A stretch of DNA of 64,000 bases from Escherichia coli. Lineage in GTDB: Bacteria > Pseudomonadota > Gammaproteobacteria > Enterobacterales > Enterobacteriaceae. The stretch lies in NCBI RefSeq assembly GCF_041886205.1, contig NZ_CP169029.1; one strand, written 5' to 3'. A model generated the notes under the pieces. It saw nothing but the letters and a program-made list of their open reading frames with translations. It was not told the origin of the DNA and did not search any database. The stretch's first letter is position 1. The number at the start of each line of letters is the position of its first letter. Below, piece after piece: positions 41,816 through 53,674 of this stretch. A program made the translations under genes and the position numbers.

Positions 41816-42597
41816 ACCCGTCGCAACATGCTGAACAGTTTCAGAGCCAGTTAGCGAACTATGTGCCACAGTTCACTCCCGAATTTTGGCCGGTGTGGTT
41901 GATCATTGCCGGAGTATTGCTGGTTGGGATGTGGTTGGTGCTGGGGCTGCACGCCTTGCTTCGTGCTCGTGGCGTGAAGAAATCAGCCACCGATCATGGT
42001 GAGAAGATTTATCTTTACAGCAAAGCGGTCAGATTATGGCACTGGTCGAATGCGTTACTCTTTGTATTGTTGCTGGCAAGTGGGCTGATAAATCACTTTG
42101 CGCTGGTGGGCGCAACTGCGGTCAAAAGTCTGGTTGCGTTGCATGAAGTTTGCGGATTTTTGTTACTCGCATGCTGGCTCGGCTTTGTGCTGATCAATGC
42201 TGTTGGGGGTAATGGTCACCACTATCGCATTCGTCGTCAGGGGTGGCTGGAACGAGCGGCAAAACAAACGCGATTTTATTTGTTTGGCATTATGCAGGGG
42301 GAAGAACATCCTTTCCCGGCAACAACCCAGTCTAAATTTAATCCCTTACAGCAGGTCGCCTATGTTGGTGTCATGTATGGATTGCTGCCGTTGTTACTAT
42401 TGACGGGGCTGCTGTGTCTCTATCCGCAAGCCGTGGGAGATGTGTTTCCTGGCGTAAGATACTGGTTATTGCAGGCGCATTTTGCTCTGGCATTTATAAG
42501 CCTCTTTTTTATCTTCGGTCATCTTTATCTTTGCACCACGGGGCGTACGCCACACGAAACCTTTAAAAGCATGGTCGATGGCTATCACCGGCACTAA
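41812..42597 (+). CDS. ydhU: PhsC-like membrane cytochrome b subunit YdhU
   Basis: 261-aa polytopic membrane ORF overlapping ydhX stop. Confidence 0.85.
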   Translation: MNPSQHAEQFQSQLANYVPQFTPEFWPVWLIIAGVLLVGMWLVLGLHALLRARGVKKSATDHGEKIYLYSKAVRLWHWSNALLFVLLLASGLINHFALVGATAVKSLVALHEVCGFLLLACWLGFVLINAVGGNGHHYRIRRQGWLERAAKQTRFYLFGIMQGEEHPFPATTQSKFNPLQQVAYVGVMYGLLPLLLLTGLLCLYPQAVGDVFPGVRYWLLQAHFALAFISLFFIFGHLYLCTTGRTPHETFKSMVDGYHRH

Positions 42598-42600
42598 CGA

Positions 42601-43413
42601 ATGATCATTACACGAGCAGACCTGCGAGAATGGCGTATCGGAGCGGTGATGTATCGCTGGTTCCTGCGCCATTTCCCACGCGGCGGTAGTTATGCCGATA
42701 TTCATCATGCACTGATTGAGGAAGGATATACGGACTGGGCGGAGAGTCTGGTTGAGTATGCGTGGAAAAAATGGCTGGCGGATGAAAACTTCGCGCATCA
42801 GGAAGTTTCCTCTATGCAAAAACTGGCCACAGACCCCGGAGAGATACCATTTTGCAGTCAGTTTGCCCGCAGCGACGATCATGCTCGCATCGGCTGTTGT
42901 GAGGATAACGCCCGAATCGCAACCGCTGGGTATGCCGCGCAAATTGCCAGTATGGGTTATAGCGTGCGGATTGGAAGTGTCGGCTTTAACAGTCACATTG
43001 GCAGCTCCGGTGAACGCGCACGGGTTGCTGTAACCGGTAATTCTTCGCGGATAAGCAGCGCTGGAGATAGTAGTCGGATTGCGAACACCGGAATGCGAGT
43101 ACGCGTTTGTACATTGGGTGAACGGTGTCATGTCGCCAGTAATGGTGACCTGGCGCAAATCGCCAGCTTTGGCGCAAACGCCAGAATTGCCAACAGCGGC
43201 GACAATGTACACATCATTGCCAGCGGTGAAAATTCAACGGTTGTGAGCACGGGCGTGGTCGACTCAATTATTCTCGGGCCAGGGGGAAGCGCCGCACTGG
43301 CATATCATGACGGCGAAAGAGTTCGCTTCGCCGTCGCCATTGAAGGTGAAAACAATATTCGAGCCGGAGTCCGCTATCGTCTTAATGAACAGCATCAGTT
43401 TGTTGAGTGCTGA
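42601..43413 (+). CDS. ydhT: Uncharacterised protein YdhT, with about 15 tandem 9-residue repeats
   Basis: 270-aa ORF; residues ~95-229 form repeats of the form x-[RQH]-[IV]-x-x-x-G-x-x (ARIATAGYA / AQIASMGYS / VRIGSVGFN / SHIGSSGER ...). Confidence 0.85.
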   Translation: MIITRADLREWRIGAVMYRWFLRHFPRGGSYADIHHALIEEGYTDWAESLVEYAWKKWLADENFAHQEVSSMQKLATDPGEIPFCSQFARSDDHARIGCCEDNARIATAGYAAQIASMGYSVRIGSVGFNSHIGSSGERARVAVTGNSSRISSAGDSSRIANTGMRVRVCTLGERCHVASNGDLAQIASFGANARIANSGDNVHIIASGENSTVVSTGVVDSIILGPGGSAALAYHDGERVRFAVAIEGENNIRAGVRYRLNEQHQFVEC

Positions 43414-43424
43414 TAGCTTTACCT

Positions 43425-45029
43425 TTAATCAAACGAAAGACGCCGACGTGCACGGGATGCAGGTTTTACGACCGCCCGAGCCATCGCCTCACCAATTTCT
43501 GCACATGCCGTAAGTCCCTGAACGAAAGGCTGGTCGTGCATCAACCAGGGCAACGCGCCGAACGCTACGCGTCCACGAATATCTTCGGGTTGCTGTAACG
43601 TATAATCTTCGCCAACATCAGGGATTTCATCCCCTGTTTTCTGTAATTGCTCGCGTAGCCCAGGGAAAGGAATATCTTTCACTTTAAGCGGACGCTGTCC
43701 GCGGGCATCAATAAAAACGTCAAACGAGTAGCTGTTGTCTTCCGTTTTCAGGACGGTGCGCGACTCATTAATTTCCATTTCGTAGTCTTCACCGAGGGCG
43801 AGAATATGAATGATCCCCGCTTCACGTAAGGCCAGCAGCCGACGAATAGACTCTGAAGGGATTGCCGCATAATTATCGATAAAAACCCGGGTAAGGCCTT
43901 TACTGAACCGTTTATGGTCGTGTTCATTCAGATGTGGAACAATTTCCTGTACGGCTTCATGCAGGCGCAGAATGACATAACGCCAGGGAACAGTATGTTT
44001 TTCTCGTTTATTGCGTTCGACTTCCTGGAGATTTTTTTCTGCCCAGTCAAATGGGTCGCGTTGTTTGCGCTCGGCAAACCAGGCTTGAGCAAAGGAATCG
44101 ACATTCAGGCTCTCTAAGGCTATGCGTTGGCTCCAGTCTGGATCAGCAAACTTGATTTCCTCTACTATCAATCTAAATACCCGATCCAAAAGGCCCTCTT
44201 CGCCTTTTTGAATCTCAGCATTTAATGCCTGATCGGTGACAATGTGTAAGGACTCGTAGGGAATAGGGCAATAGAAATCGGCTTCGGGTAAAATACCCGT
44301 GCGCGACATCAACGTGATATTTAGCTTTTCACTTGCGTTATCGCGGTGAAAAACGACGTGTTGTTTATCATCTTCAATGAACGAACCATGCTGAATAGCC
44401 ACTGCCATTGCCGCATCCAGTCCGCTCAAGGATGTTCCCATAATACCCACGTTACACGCATCGACCTTTGCTTCCATCAGGCCTGACCACGGGCTGGGAA
44501 AATACGTTCGGGTTGCTTCTTCTTCATCAGGCCAGACGTGACCCGTGGCAATCACCGCTAAATCAAACGTCTCGCTGGGTAAACCCTGATTTGTAGCGAG
44601 CATGACGCCAGCATTTGTAATTTGCAGATCGGTAACCTGGCATGATTCATAAACAGCCACTGCAAATTTTTGCTTTCGTGCCTGGTCTACTAATCGTAAA
44701 AATTGATCGCGGAAATATTCGCCCAGCAGAATTCGCGGTAAAAACTGACGATCGTGCAAGGTTTCTTTTTTAACGCCATAACGCTGGAGATGGCTGGCTT
44801 CTTGCTTTTGTAGCCATTCGAGATACGTACAATTAATCGGCGGTATTTCAATACTGGCAATATTTGCCAGCATCATTTTTGAGTTTTCCTCATCACTGTA
44901 TGGCATCCCGACACCGGCCTCGTCAGCCTGCTCGAAGATAGAAATAGAAAGTGGAGTTTGTTGCTGTAGAAGCGAGAATAAGGTGTAGATCCCCGTAGGC
45001 CCGGCACCCACAATAGCAATTTTTTTCAT
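43425..45029 (-). CDS. ydhS: FAD/NAD(P)-binding protein YdhS
   Basis: 534-aa ORF with N-terminal Rossmann motif (IAIVGAGPTG). Confidence 0.85.
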   Translation of the reverse strand: MKKIAIVGAGPTGIYTLFSLLQQQTPLSISIFEQADEAGVGMPYSDEENSKMMLANIASIEIPPINCTYLEWLQKQEASHLQRYGVKKETLHDRQFLPRILLGEYFRDQFLRLVDQARKQKFAVAVYESCQVTDLQITNAGVMLATNQGLPSETFDLAVIATGHVWPDEEEATRTYFPSPWSGLMEAKVDACNVGIMGTSLSGLDAAMAVAIQHGSFIEDDKQHVVFHRDNASEKLNITLMSRTGILPEADFYCPIPYESLHIVTDQALNAEIQKGEEGLLDRVFRLIVEEIKFADPDWSQRIALESLNVDSFAQAWFAERKQRDPFDWAEKNLQEVERNKREKHTVPWRYVILRLHEAVQEIVPHLNEHDHKRFSKGLTRVFIDNYAAIPSESIRRLLALREAGIIHILALGEDYEMEINESRTVLKTEDNSYSFDVFIDARGQRPLKVKDIPFPGLREQLQKTGDEIPDVGEDYTLQQPEDIRGRVAFGALPWLMHDQPFVQGLTACAEIGEAMARAVVKPASRARRRLSFD

Positions 45030-45415
45030 TGTTACTTACCTGTACGCATTCTTTCGAATTTAGTGTTATCAGATAAGTTTGGTTGAGATTTTTAGAATTT
45101 GAGAAATTTCAGACAGGGATGAAAAGGGCGCTAACCGCCCTTGATTAAATTCTGTCAGGCGAGTTTTGCCTGATTGATTTGACTCAGTGGCTCATTGACA
45201 TCGAAAACTTTGGCGACAACTTCCTCAACGCCGAGATTTTTAAGTCGGGCAGTATGTTTTTCCAGATAGGCAAGGGCGCTTTTTTCATCAGTAAAAAGAT
45301 AGATCCCACCGGCTTCGTGGTTCTTTTCACTTTCTGTCCATACCTTCCACAGAAAACCAGGTTCCTGATTAATTGAACCGCCCCGGGTTTCCTGGAGAGT
45401 GTTTTATCTGTGAAC

Positions 45416-46306
45416 TCAGGCTGCCAGATCATCGTTTCCGATGGAAGCATAATAAGCTTTTTCTGCTTCTGCCGGAGGAGTATGGCCCAGCCTTTCCAGC
45501 AATCGTCGATTGTTATACCAGTCCACCCACGTGAGTGTGGCCAGTTCCACTTCTGCACGGTTTTTCCAGCTCTTACGGTGTATTACCTCCGCTTTGTAAA
45601 GACCATTGATGCTCTCCGCCATCGCGTTGTCATACGAGTCGCCTGTACTTCCTGTTGATGCCAGTAATCCGGCTTCCTTAAGCCGCTGTGTGTAGGCCAG
45701 CGATACATACTGAGAACCTTTATCACTGTGATGGACCGTGCCGGACGGTCGACGGGCCCATAACGCCTGCTCCAGTGCATCCAGCACGAATGTCGTTTCC
45801 ATGGACGATGAGACCCGCCACCCCACGATGTATCCGGCAAACACATCAATGATGAACGCCACATAGACGAAGCCCCGCCATGTGCTGACGTAAGTAAAAT
45901 CAGCCACCCACAGCTGGTCAGGTCGTTCTGCCACGAACTGACGGTTTACGCGGTCGCCTGCGGCAACGGCTTTCCGGCTGATGGTCGTACGGACCTTTTT
46001 ACCCCGGAGAACACCGGCAAGTCCCATAACCGCCATGAGACGTGCCACAGTGCATCTGGCCACTCTGATACCTTCCCGTAACAACTGACGCCAGACTTTA
46101 CGCACACCGTATACCTTGTGATTTTCATCGTATACGCGCTGTATCTCTTTCTTCAGCCAGTCATCGCGCTGCGCACGGGCACTGCGTTTATCCGGATGAT
46201 GTCGCTGTTGCTGACAGTGGTAATACGTTGACGGGGCAATATGCAGTTCGCTGCATAGCGGTCCGACCCCGTACTGCTCACGCAGCTTATCCAGCAGTGG
46301 CATCAT
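45416..46306 (-). CDS. IS629 OrfB (DDE integrase-core transposase; normally fused to OrfA by frameshift)
   Basis: 296-aa ORF containing a DDE-type integrase core (WVADFTYV..., ...HSDKGSQY...). Confidence 0.9.
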   Translation of the reverse strand: MMPLLDKLREQYGVGPLCSELHIAPSTYYHCQQQRHHPDKRSARAQRDDWLKKEIQRVYDENHKVYGVRKVWRQLLREGIRVARCTVARLMAVMGLAGVLRGKKVRTTISRKAVAAGDRVNRQFVAERPDQLWVADFTYVSTWRGFVYVAFIIDVFAGYIVGWRVSSSMETTFVLDALEQALWARRPSGTVHHSDKGSQYVSLAYTQRLKEAGLLASTGSTGDSYDNAMAESINGLYKAEVIHRKSWKNRAEVELATLTWVDWYNNRRLLERLGHTPPAEAEKAYYASIGNDDLAA

Positions 46307-46629
46307 TTTTTCCAGAGGCGGTCGAACTCCGCCTTCGCAAAATAAGCGGAAGCCTGGCGAAGGATATCGTTACTGCGGCGCAGTTCACGATTTTCACGTT
46401 CCAGCTCTTTCAGACGCTGACGTTCAGCGGTGGTGAGCCCTCCATCACCGCCCCCGGTATCCCGCTCATGCTGGCGAACCCAGACACGCAGAGTCTCCGG
46501 CGTACAGCCAATCTTTGGAGCAATGGAACAAATTGTCGCCCATTGTGAGTCATATTCGCTCTGACTTTCCAGAACCATACGGACTGCCCGTTGACGGACT
46601 TCGGGGGAAAAACGAGTATTTTTAGTCAT
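46303..46629 (-). CDS. IS629 OrfA (HTH transposase subunit)
   Basis: 108-aa [63 protein letters not shown]... Confidence 0.9.
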   Translation of the reverse strand: MTKNTRFSPEVRQRAVRMVLESQSEYDSQWATICSIAPKIGCTPETLRVWVRQHERDTGGGDGGLTTAERQRLKELERENRELRRSNDILRQASAYFAKAEFDRLWKK

Positions 46630-46880
46630 CCTGTTTACCTCTTTCTCAGGAAGTTTAGTCTCCAGGATTCCCGGGGCGGTTCAAATCGACTCAGCAAGCG
46701 GTTTAAGCTGCTCAGCCATTGCGTCGCCAAATGGGCCATTAAAAGCAAAATGAAGTTGTAACAAAGTTGCCATAGCGATTCTCCTTCTGATAACGCATAC
46801 GAAGACAGTGTAAATCTTTTAACGTATTGGATACAGAGAAGAAACAGAGGGAAAAAGGAGAAGACCAGATTAAGAAAATC

Positions 46881-46957
46881 TGGTGCGTCCGAGTGGACTC
46901 GAACCACCGACCCCCACCATGTCAAGGTGGTGCTCTAACCAACTGAGCTACGGACGC
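46881..46957 (-). tRNA. valW: tRNA-Val (anticodon GAC)
   Basis: rc = GCGTCCGTAGCTCAGTTGGTTAGAGCACCACCTTGACATGGTGGGGGTCGGTGGTTCGAGTCCACTCGGACGCACCA; cloverleaf and CCA end present. valV/valW assignment between the two copies is uncertain. Confidence 0.93.
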
Positions 46958-46961
46958 AGGA

Positions 46962-47038
46962 TGGTGCGTTCAATTGGACTCGAACCAACGACCCCCACCA
47001 TGTCAAGGTGGTGCTCTAACCAACTGAGCTATGAACGC
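46962..47038 (-). tRNA. valV: tRNA-Val (anticodon GAC)
   Basis: rc = GCGTTCATAGCTCAGTTGGTTAGAGCACCACCTTGACATGGTGGGGGTCGTTGGTTCGAGTCCAATTGAACGCACCA; 4-nt spacer to the second copy. Confidence 0.93.
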
Positions 47039-47345
47039 AACGTTGTAGGTGACAACGGGGACGAATATTAGCGGCAGAGTGGGAAGGTGGCAAGAGGCAA
47101 AACGTAATTTTCTGCGCTATTTCGACCGTTTGCAGAGCTTTTAAGCAAATTGGCTATATTTTGTTGATTTGCAAGGGCGATTTTTATTCAGGATCGCATT
47201 TACATCTGATACAACCCAATAATTCGTGTATCAGAGTTTAAACAGAGTTGTTTGCCACCATCTCAAATCTGTCGTGGATAAATCCTCCGTAGCCTTTACA
47301 CTTAGGTAGCAATAAAGGCACACAGATGCAGCAAAGGAATAAATC

Positions 47346-48602
47346 ATGGGATCTGATGCGAAAAACTTGATGAGCGACGGGAATGTGCAAATTGTTAAGA
47401 CCGGCGAGGTCATTGGCGCGACGCAACTTACTGAAGGCGAGTTGATTGTTGAAGCTGGCGGAAGAGCCGAAAATACCGTGGTCACGGGGGCTGGCTGGTT
47501 GAAAGTGGCAACCGGTGGGATCGCCAAATGTACACAGTACGGTAACAATGGCACGCTATCGGTCAGCGACGGTGCCATTGCCACAGATATTGTTCAGTCC
47601 GAGGGAGGCGCAATTAGTCTCTCTACGCTCGCTACGGTTAATGGCCGCCATCCCGAAGGTGAATTCAGCGTTGATCAGGGTTATGCCTGCGGTTTGTTGC
47701 TGGAAAATGGCGGTAACCTGCGTGTACTGGAAGGACATCGCGCGGAAAAAATCATTCTCGATCAAGAGGGCGGCCTGTTGGTTAATGGGACAACCTCAGC
47801 GGTCGTGGTAGATGAAGGTGGTGAATTGTTGGTGTATCCAAGTGGGGAAGCCAGCAATTGTGAGATTAATCAGGGCGGCGTTTTTATGCTGGCCGGGAAA
47901 GCCAGTGATACGTTGCTTGCTGGTGGCACCATGAATAATCTCGGTGGTGAAGACTCTGACACTATTGTTGAGAATGGATCCATTTATCGTCTGGGGACGG
48001 ATGGCCTTCAGCTCTACAGTTCCGGTAAGACGCAAAACCTGTCCGTGAATGTGGGTGGTCGGGCTGAAGTGCATGCCGGTACGCTGGAAAATGCGGTAAT
48101 ACAAGGTGGGACAGTGATCCTGTTGTCACCCACCAGCGCGGACGAAAATTTTGTCGTAGAGGAAGATCGCGCACCGGTTGAACTGACCGGGAGTGTTGCA
48201 TTACTGGACGGCGCTTCAATGATTATTGGCTATGGCGCAGATCTGCAACAATCAACGATTACTGTACAGCAGGGCGGTGTATTGATTCTCGACGGCAGTA
48301 CGGTAAAAGGTGACAGTGTCACTTTAAATGTTGGTAACATCAATCTAAATGGCGGAAAACTGTGGCTAATCACTGGTGCGGCAACGCATGTGCAACTGAA
48401 AGTGAAACGCCTGCGCGGAGAGGGAGCGATTTGCCTGCAAACCAGTGCGAAAGAAATTTCACCTGACTTCATCAATGTGAAAGGGGAAGTTACCGGTGAT
48501 ATACACGTTGAGATAACAGATGCCAGTCGGCAAACTCTGTGTAACGCACTGAAACTACAGCCAGACGAAGACGGGATTGGCGCAACGCTCCAGCCTGCGT
48601 AA
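47346..48602 (+). CDS. ydhQ: Autotransporter-adhesin-related passenger-like protein YdhQ (no beta-barrel domain)
   Basis: 418-aa Gly/Val-rich ORF with pertactin-like short repeats; matches YdhQ length and position. Confidence 0.82.
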   Translation: MGSDAKNLMSDGNVQIVKTGEVIGATQLTEGELIVEAGGRAENTVVTGAGWLKVATGGIAKCTQYGNNGTLSVSDGAIATDIVQSEGGAISLSTLATVNGRHPEGEFSVDQGYACGLLLENGGNLRVLEGHRAEKIILDQEGGLLVNGTTSAVVVDEGGELLVYPSGEASNCEINQGGVFMLAGKASDTLLAGGTMNNLGGEDSDTIVENGSIYRLGTDGLQLYSSGKTQNLSVNVGGRAEVHAGTLENAVIQGGTVILLSPTSADENFVVEEDRAPVELTGSVALLDGASMIIGYGADLQQSTITVQQGGVLILDGSTVKGDSVTLNVGNINLNGGKLWLITGAATHVQLKVKRLRGEGAICLQTSAKEISPDFINVKGEVTGDIHVEITDASRQTLCNALKLQPDEDGIGATLQPA

Positions 48603-48641
48603 AAACACAGGCGCAACCCGTGAAGGTTGCGCCTTGTCTTT
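48603..48641. terminator. Bidirectional terminator between convergent ydhQ and mdtK
   Basis: ggcgcaacc-cgtgaa-ggttgcgcc flanked by A-rich and T-rich tracts. Confidence 0.5.
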
Positions 48642-48642
48642 A

Positions 48643-50037
<1,395 letters not shown>

Positions 50038-50230
50038 TTATATGAGAGACTAAAAAGCCGCCTGAATGGGCAGCAAAAAGAAGAAGCAGGGGAAATTCAG
50101 TCTATTGTAGCGAGGATTTATTAATTCTCCAGTGAAAAAATAGTCATTCTTACCCCTTCACTGGTAAGGGCGTTTGCCACCTGCTATTGTGCTGAACAGA
50201 ATGTCTTAACTGATTTCAGGAGTTGTAAGT

Positions 50231-50872
50231 ATGTTTACGGGGATTGTACAGGGCACCGCAAAACTGGTGTCGATTGACGAGAAACCAAATTTTCGCACAC
50301 ATGTGGTGGAGTTACCCGACCACATGCTGGACGGTCTGGAAACCGGTGCTTCCGTGGCGCATAACGGTTGCTGCCTGACCGTGACGGAAATTAACGGCAA
50401 CCATGTCAGTTTTGACCTGATGAAAGAAACGTTGCGCATTACCAATCTTGGCGATTTAAAAGTGGGGGATTGGGTAAACGTTGAGCGTGCGGCGAAATTC
50501 AGTGATGAAATTGGCGGACACTTAATGTCAGGTCATATTATGACTACCGCTGAAGTAGCGAAAATATTAACCTCGGAAAATAATCGCCAGATCTGGTTTA
50601 AAGTCCAGGATAGTCAGTTGATGAAATATATTCTGTACAAAGGATTTATTGGCATCGACGGTATTAGCCTGACCGTCGGCGAAGTCACGCCAACGCGTTT
50701 TTGCGTCCATTTAATTCCGGAAACACTGGAACGCACGACTCTTGGGAAGAAAAAACTTGGCGCACGCGTCAACATTGAAATCGATCCACAAACTCAGGCA
50801 GTGGTAGATACGGTAGAACGTGTGCTGGCGGCACGAGAAAATGCCATGAATCAACCAGGTACAGAAGCCTGA
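50231..50872 (+). CDS. ribC: Riboflavin synthase alpha subunit
   Basis: 213-aa [54 protein letters not shown]... (gene also called ribE in some annotations). Confidence 0.93.
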   Translation: MFTGIVQGTAKLVSIDEKPNFRTHVVELPDHMLDGLETGASVAHNGCCLTVTEINGNHVSFDLMKETLRITNLGDLKVGDWVNVERAAKFSDEIGGHLMSGHIMTTAEVAKILTSENNRQIWFKVQDSQLMKYILYKGFIGIDGISLTVGEVTPTRFCVHLIPETLERTTLGKKKLGARVNIEIDPQTQAVVDTVERVLAARENAMNQPGTEA

Positions 50873-50911
50873 TCTGAAATCGCCCCCGGAGAGGGGGCGA
50901 TAGAATAGCCT

Positions 50912-52060
50912 TTAGCGAGCCACTCGAAGGCCGTTTTCAACACCGCGTGAGAACACGACCTGCCAGAGCTGAATATCACGGGCGCGGAAAGCACCTGCAC
51001 AGGCATTCAGATAATAGGTAAACATTCGTTTAAAGCGTTCACTGTAGTTATCCGCAATTTCTGGCCATGCGGCGAGGAATCGTTCATACCACGCCATCAA
51101 CGTAGTATCGTAATCAGCACCGAAGTTATGCCAGTCTTCCATCACAAAGTGGGGTTCGCTGGATTGAGCAATCTGGCGTACAGAGGGCAGGCAACCGTTC
51201 GGAAAAATATATTTATTAATCCAGGGATCAACATTCAGATCGGTTTTTTTCGAACCGATAGTATGGAGCAGGAATATACCTTCCGGTTTCAAATTACGAT
51301 CCACCACCGCAAAATAGGTATCGTAATTTTTCGGTCCGACGTGCTCGAACATCCCCACAGAAACAATACGATCAAACTGGTCGTTCAGGTCACGATAATC
51401 TTGCAGCAAAATGGTGACATCCAGGCCTTCACAGCGTTCCTGAGCCATTTTTTGCTGTTCGGCAGAAATGGTGACGCCGACCACGCTTACGTCATAGTTA
51501 GATGCCATGTAGTGCGCCAGTCCGCCCCAGCCGCAGCCAATATCCAGTACGCGCATCCCTGGTTTTAACTGCAATTTTTCACAAATCATTTTGAGCTTCG
51601 CCTGCTGGGCAGATTCCAGATTATCGGCATCTTTCCAGTAAGCGCAGGAATATTGCATGAAGGGATCAAGCATGCGGCTGAACAAGTCATTACCCAAATC
51701 GTAATGCTCCTTGCCGACTATCCAGGCACGTTTTTTACTCTGCAGATTGAAGAGACGAGCGCCGGCAATACGCAGCGTGTCTTTGAAATGATGGGGGAGT
51801 TGGTTCTCGAGACCTGCGCGTAAGACTTTGCTAAAAAACATATCCAGTCGGTCACATTCCCACCAGCCATCCATATAACTTTCGCCTAACCCCAAAGAGC
51901 CTTCTTGCAGAACGCGTTTAAAAAAATCGGGGTTTTTCACACGAATATCCGCCGGGGCAGAACCGTTAATGGCTATACCGGCACGGCTAAGTAATTCGTT
52001 GGCGATACGGTACCAGTTGTCATCCGGTACACTGACTTCTTCTATACACGATGAACTCAT
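50912..52060 (-). CDS. cfa: Cyclopropane-fatty-acyl-phospholipid synthase
   Basis: 382-aa ORF with SAM-binding motif VLDIGCGWGG. Confidence 0.95.
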   Translation of the reverse strand: MSSSCIEEVSVPDDNWYRIANELLSRAGIAINGSAPADIRVKNPDFFKRVLQEGSLGLGESYMDGWWECDRLDMFFSKVLRAGLENQLPHHFKDTLRIAGARLFNLQSKKRAWIVGKEHYDLGNDLFSRMLDPFMQYSCAYWKDADNLESAQQAKLKMICEKLQLKPGMRVLDIGCGWGGLAHYMASNYDVSVVGVTISAEQQKMAQERCEGLDVTILLQDYRDLNDQFDRIVSVGMFEHVGPKNYDTYFAVVDRNLKPEGIFLLHTIGSKKTDLNVDPWINKYIFPNGCLPSVRQIAQSSEPHFVMEDWHNFGADYDTTLMAWYERFLAAWPEIADNYSERFKRMFTYYLNACAGAFRARDIQLWQVVFSRGVENGLRVAR

Positions 52061-52350
52061 AGTTTCTCCATCACTGGTCGGTGATCAGAACCTTAAAACA
52101 GCGTAGACGCTTTTTGGGCTTTGTGAGAAATCTCGCAGAAAAAACCGCGAGTCTATAATCCGACGTAGAACAGAGGGAAAGGAGGAACCCTTGCCGAAAT
52201 GACCATCCATAGTGAGTCGGGAACGATCCTGTCCCCGTAAAAACATAATATTTATCGTAGCTTTAACAACTCGAAATTAGTATAGGCCGCTAATTTCAAT
52301 CATACAACAAAATTTTGTTAGCAGCCTAAGTATAAGTATATCGATATAGA

Positions 52351-53562
52351 TCAGTGTGATTCGCTATGAGCGACTTCGGCATTGCCATGATTCTGGCAGC
52401 CAACTTCTTCACAACGTTGCATCATGTAACCCAGCGCGACCAGCACTACTGTTGATAACATCACGCTGGTGGTGGTGAGCAATGGCGTGCTGATACTGAT
52501 CAGCCAGGAAACTACCAGACTTGCGAGGAAGCACAGACCCAGTTGTAGAGTGTTCTGCAACGCTGCGGCGCGACCAGTTGCGTGTGGGAAGGGACGCAGC
52601 GCCTGGGCGACAACAATAGGGTAGATCGCGCCATTGGCAATCGCCATCACACAGAATGGGATCAGAATTTCGACCAGCGACACATGGCTAATGAAGCCCG
52701 CAGCCCAGGTCGCAATGACGCTGACAGCAAACAGCACCAGCAACCACGGTAATAACTGCTTGCCTTGCCATTTCTGCAGCGCGGCGCGACAGCCATAACC
52801 ACCAATCAGAAACGCGATAGTTTGCGGGACATAACTTAAACCAATAACTGCCGGGCTGTAGCCCATTTCACTAAGGATGAACGGTGAACCGGTCAGCCAT
52901 GCAAAAAAACTGGCTGAACAGGCCGCGTATATCAGCACGTTGCCGCGATAGGTTTTAGAACGTAGCAGGTCGGTAAAGGTCAGACCATCCTGACTATTGT
53001 TACGGGCCTTCGTCGTGGGTTTGAGCCAGAAAATAGGCAGAATCAGCACCACGGTAATGGCAAACAGGGTGGCGAAAATCGCTTGCCAGGAAAAATGGAC
53101 CAGCAGCCAGCTTCCTAACAGAGGAGCCAGGGCCGGAGATAGACCCACCAGCGGCATGATGGTCGCAAAAATTCGGTTAACTTTCTGTGAAGGATAATAA
53201 TCCGTCACTAACGCTTGCCAGATAACCGCCGCGGCGCAGACACCCACAGCCTGTACAAAACGCAATACCAGCAGCGTAGCGGCGTTTTCTACCCACAGCA
53301 TCCCCAGACTACCTAACGCAAAAATTGTCAGGCCGATTAATAATACCGGTTTACGACCATAACGGTCGGAGAGCGGCCCCCACAGAAGCTGGGCTGCGGC
53401 AAAACCGGCAAGGAACAGACTAAGGCTGGCACTGACAGCAGACGCAGGCGTTTGCAGGTCGGCCTGTATGGCGGCGAAAGCAGGCAGATACATATCGGTT
53501 GCCAGAAAACCGAGTACGCTCAAACCCGCCAGCCAGACTAAAAATCTTTTCCCAGGTTGCAT
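52351..53562 (-). CDS. ydhC: MFS transporter YdhC (PunC)
   Basis: 403-aa polytopic ORF in conserved position, divergent from ydhB. Confidence 0.85.
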   Translation of the reverse strand: MQPGKRFLVWLAGLSVLGFLATDMYLPAFAAIQADLQTPASAVSASLSLFLAGFAAAQLLWGPLSDRYGRKPVLLIGLTIFALGSLGMLWVENAATLLVLRFVQAVGVCAAAVIWQALVTDYYPSQKVNRIFATIMPLVGLSPALAPLLGSWLLVHFSWQAIFATLFAITVVLILPIFWLKPTTKARNNSQDGLTFTDLLRSKTYRGNVLIYAACSASFFAWLTGSPFILSEMGYSPAVIGLSYVPQTIAFLIGGYGCRAALQKWQGKQLLPWLLVLFAVSVIATWAAGFISHVSLVEILIPFCVMAIANGAIYPIVVAQALRPFPHATGRAAALQNTLQLGLCFLASLVVSWLISISTPLLTTTSVMLSTVVLVALGYMMQRCEEVGCQNHGNAEVAHSESH

Positions 53563-53674
53563 GTATATTCTCTAAATCTCTCAATTAAACACCGCCGCAA
53601 AGTGTAGGGAGTGAAATTAGTGTTGTGAAACGGTAATATTTGATGACTGGTTTCAAAAATTTTGCAGGCAGACT

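Larger units (their letters stand above)
45374..46683 (-). mobile_element. IS629-type IS3-family insertion sequence (1310 bp), 3-bp target duplication AAT
   Basis: Termini TGAACCGCCCCGGG... / ...CCCGGGGCGGTTCA; OrfA and OrfB proteins match IS629/IS1203 from memory; flanking AAT at 45371-45373 and 46684-46686. Confidence 0.88.
45155..46772 (-). pseudogene. ydhR: ydhR split by IS629 insertion (fragments 45155-45373 and 46684-46772)
   Basis: Upstream fragment rc reads [30 protein letters not shown], downstream fragment rc ends ...[14 protein letters not shown]; joining the flanks and removing one AAT copy restores ...[12 protein letters not shown]... Confidence 0.85.

Noticed and set aside
42466-43212. 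248-aa ORF on the - strand
   Set aside because: Antisense to the repeat region of ydhT; the periodic codon structure of the repeats keeps the opposite frame open.
46700-47345. Integrase or prophage/island attachment at the tRNA-Val pair
   Set aside because: No integrase, direct-repeat att site or foreign gene block flanks the tRNAs; the neighbours are ydhR and ydhQ, and the only mobile DNA nearby is IS629 inside ydhR.
50879-50900. GC-rich hairpin (cgccccc-ggaga-gggggcg) between ribC and cfa as a terminator
   Set aside because: A stable stem is present but there is no adjacent U-run on either strand, so it cannot be called an intrinsic terminator from sequence alone.
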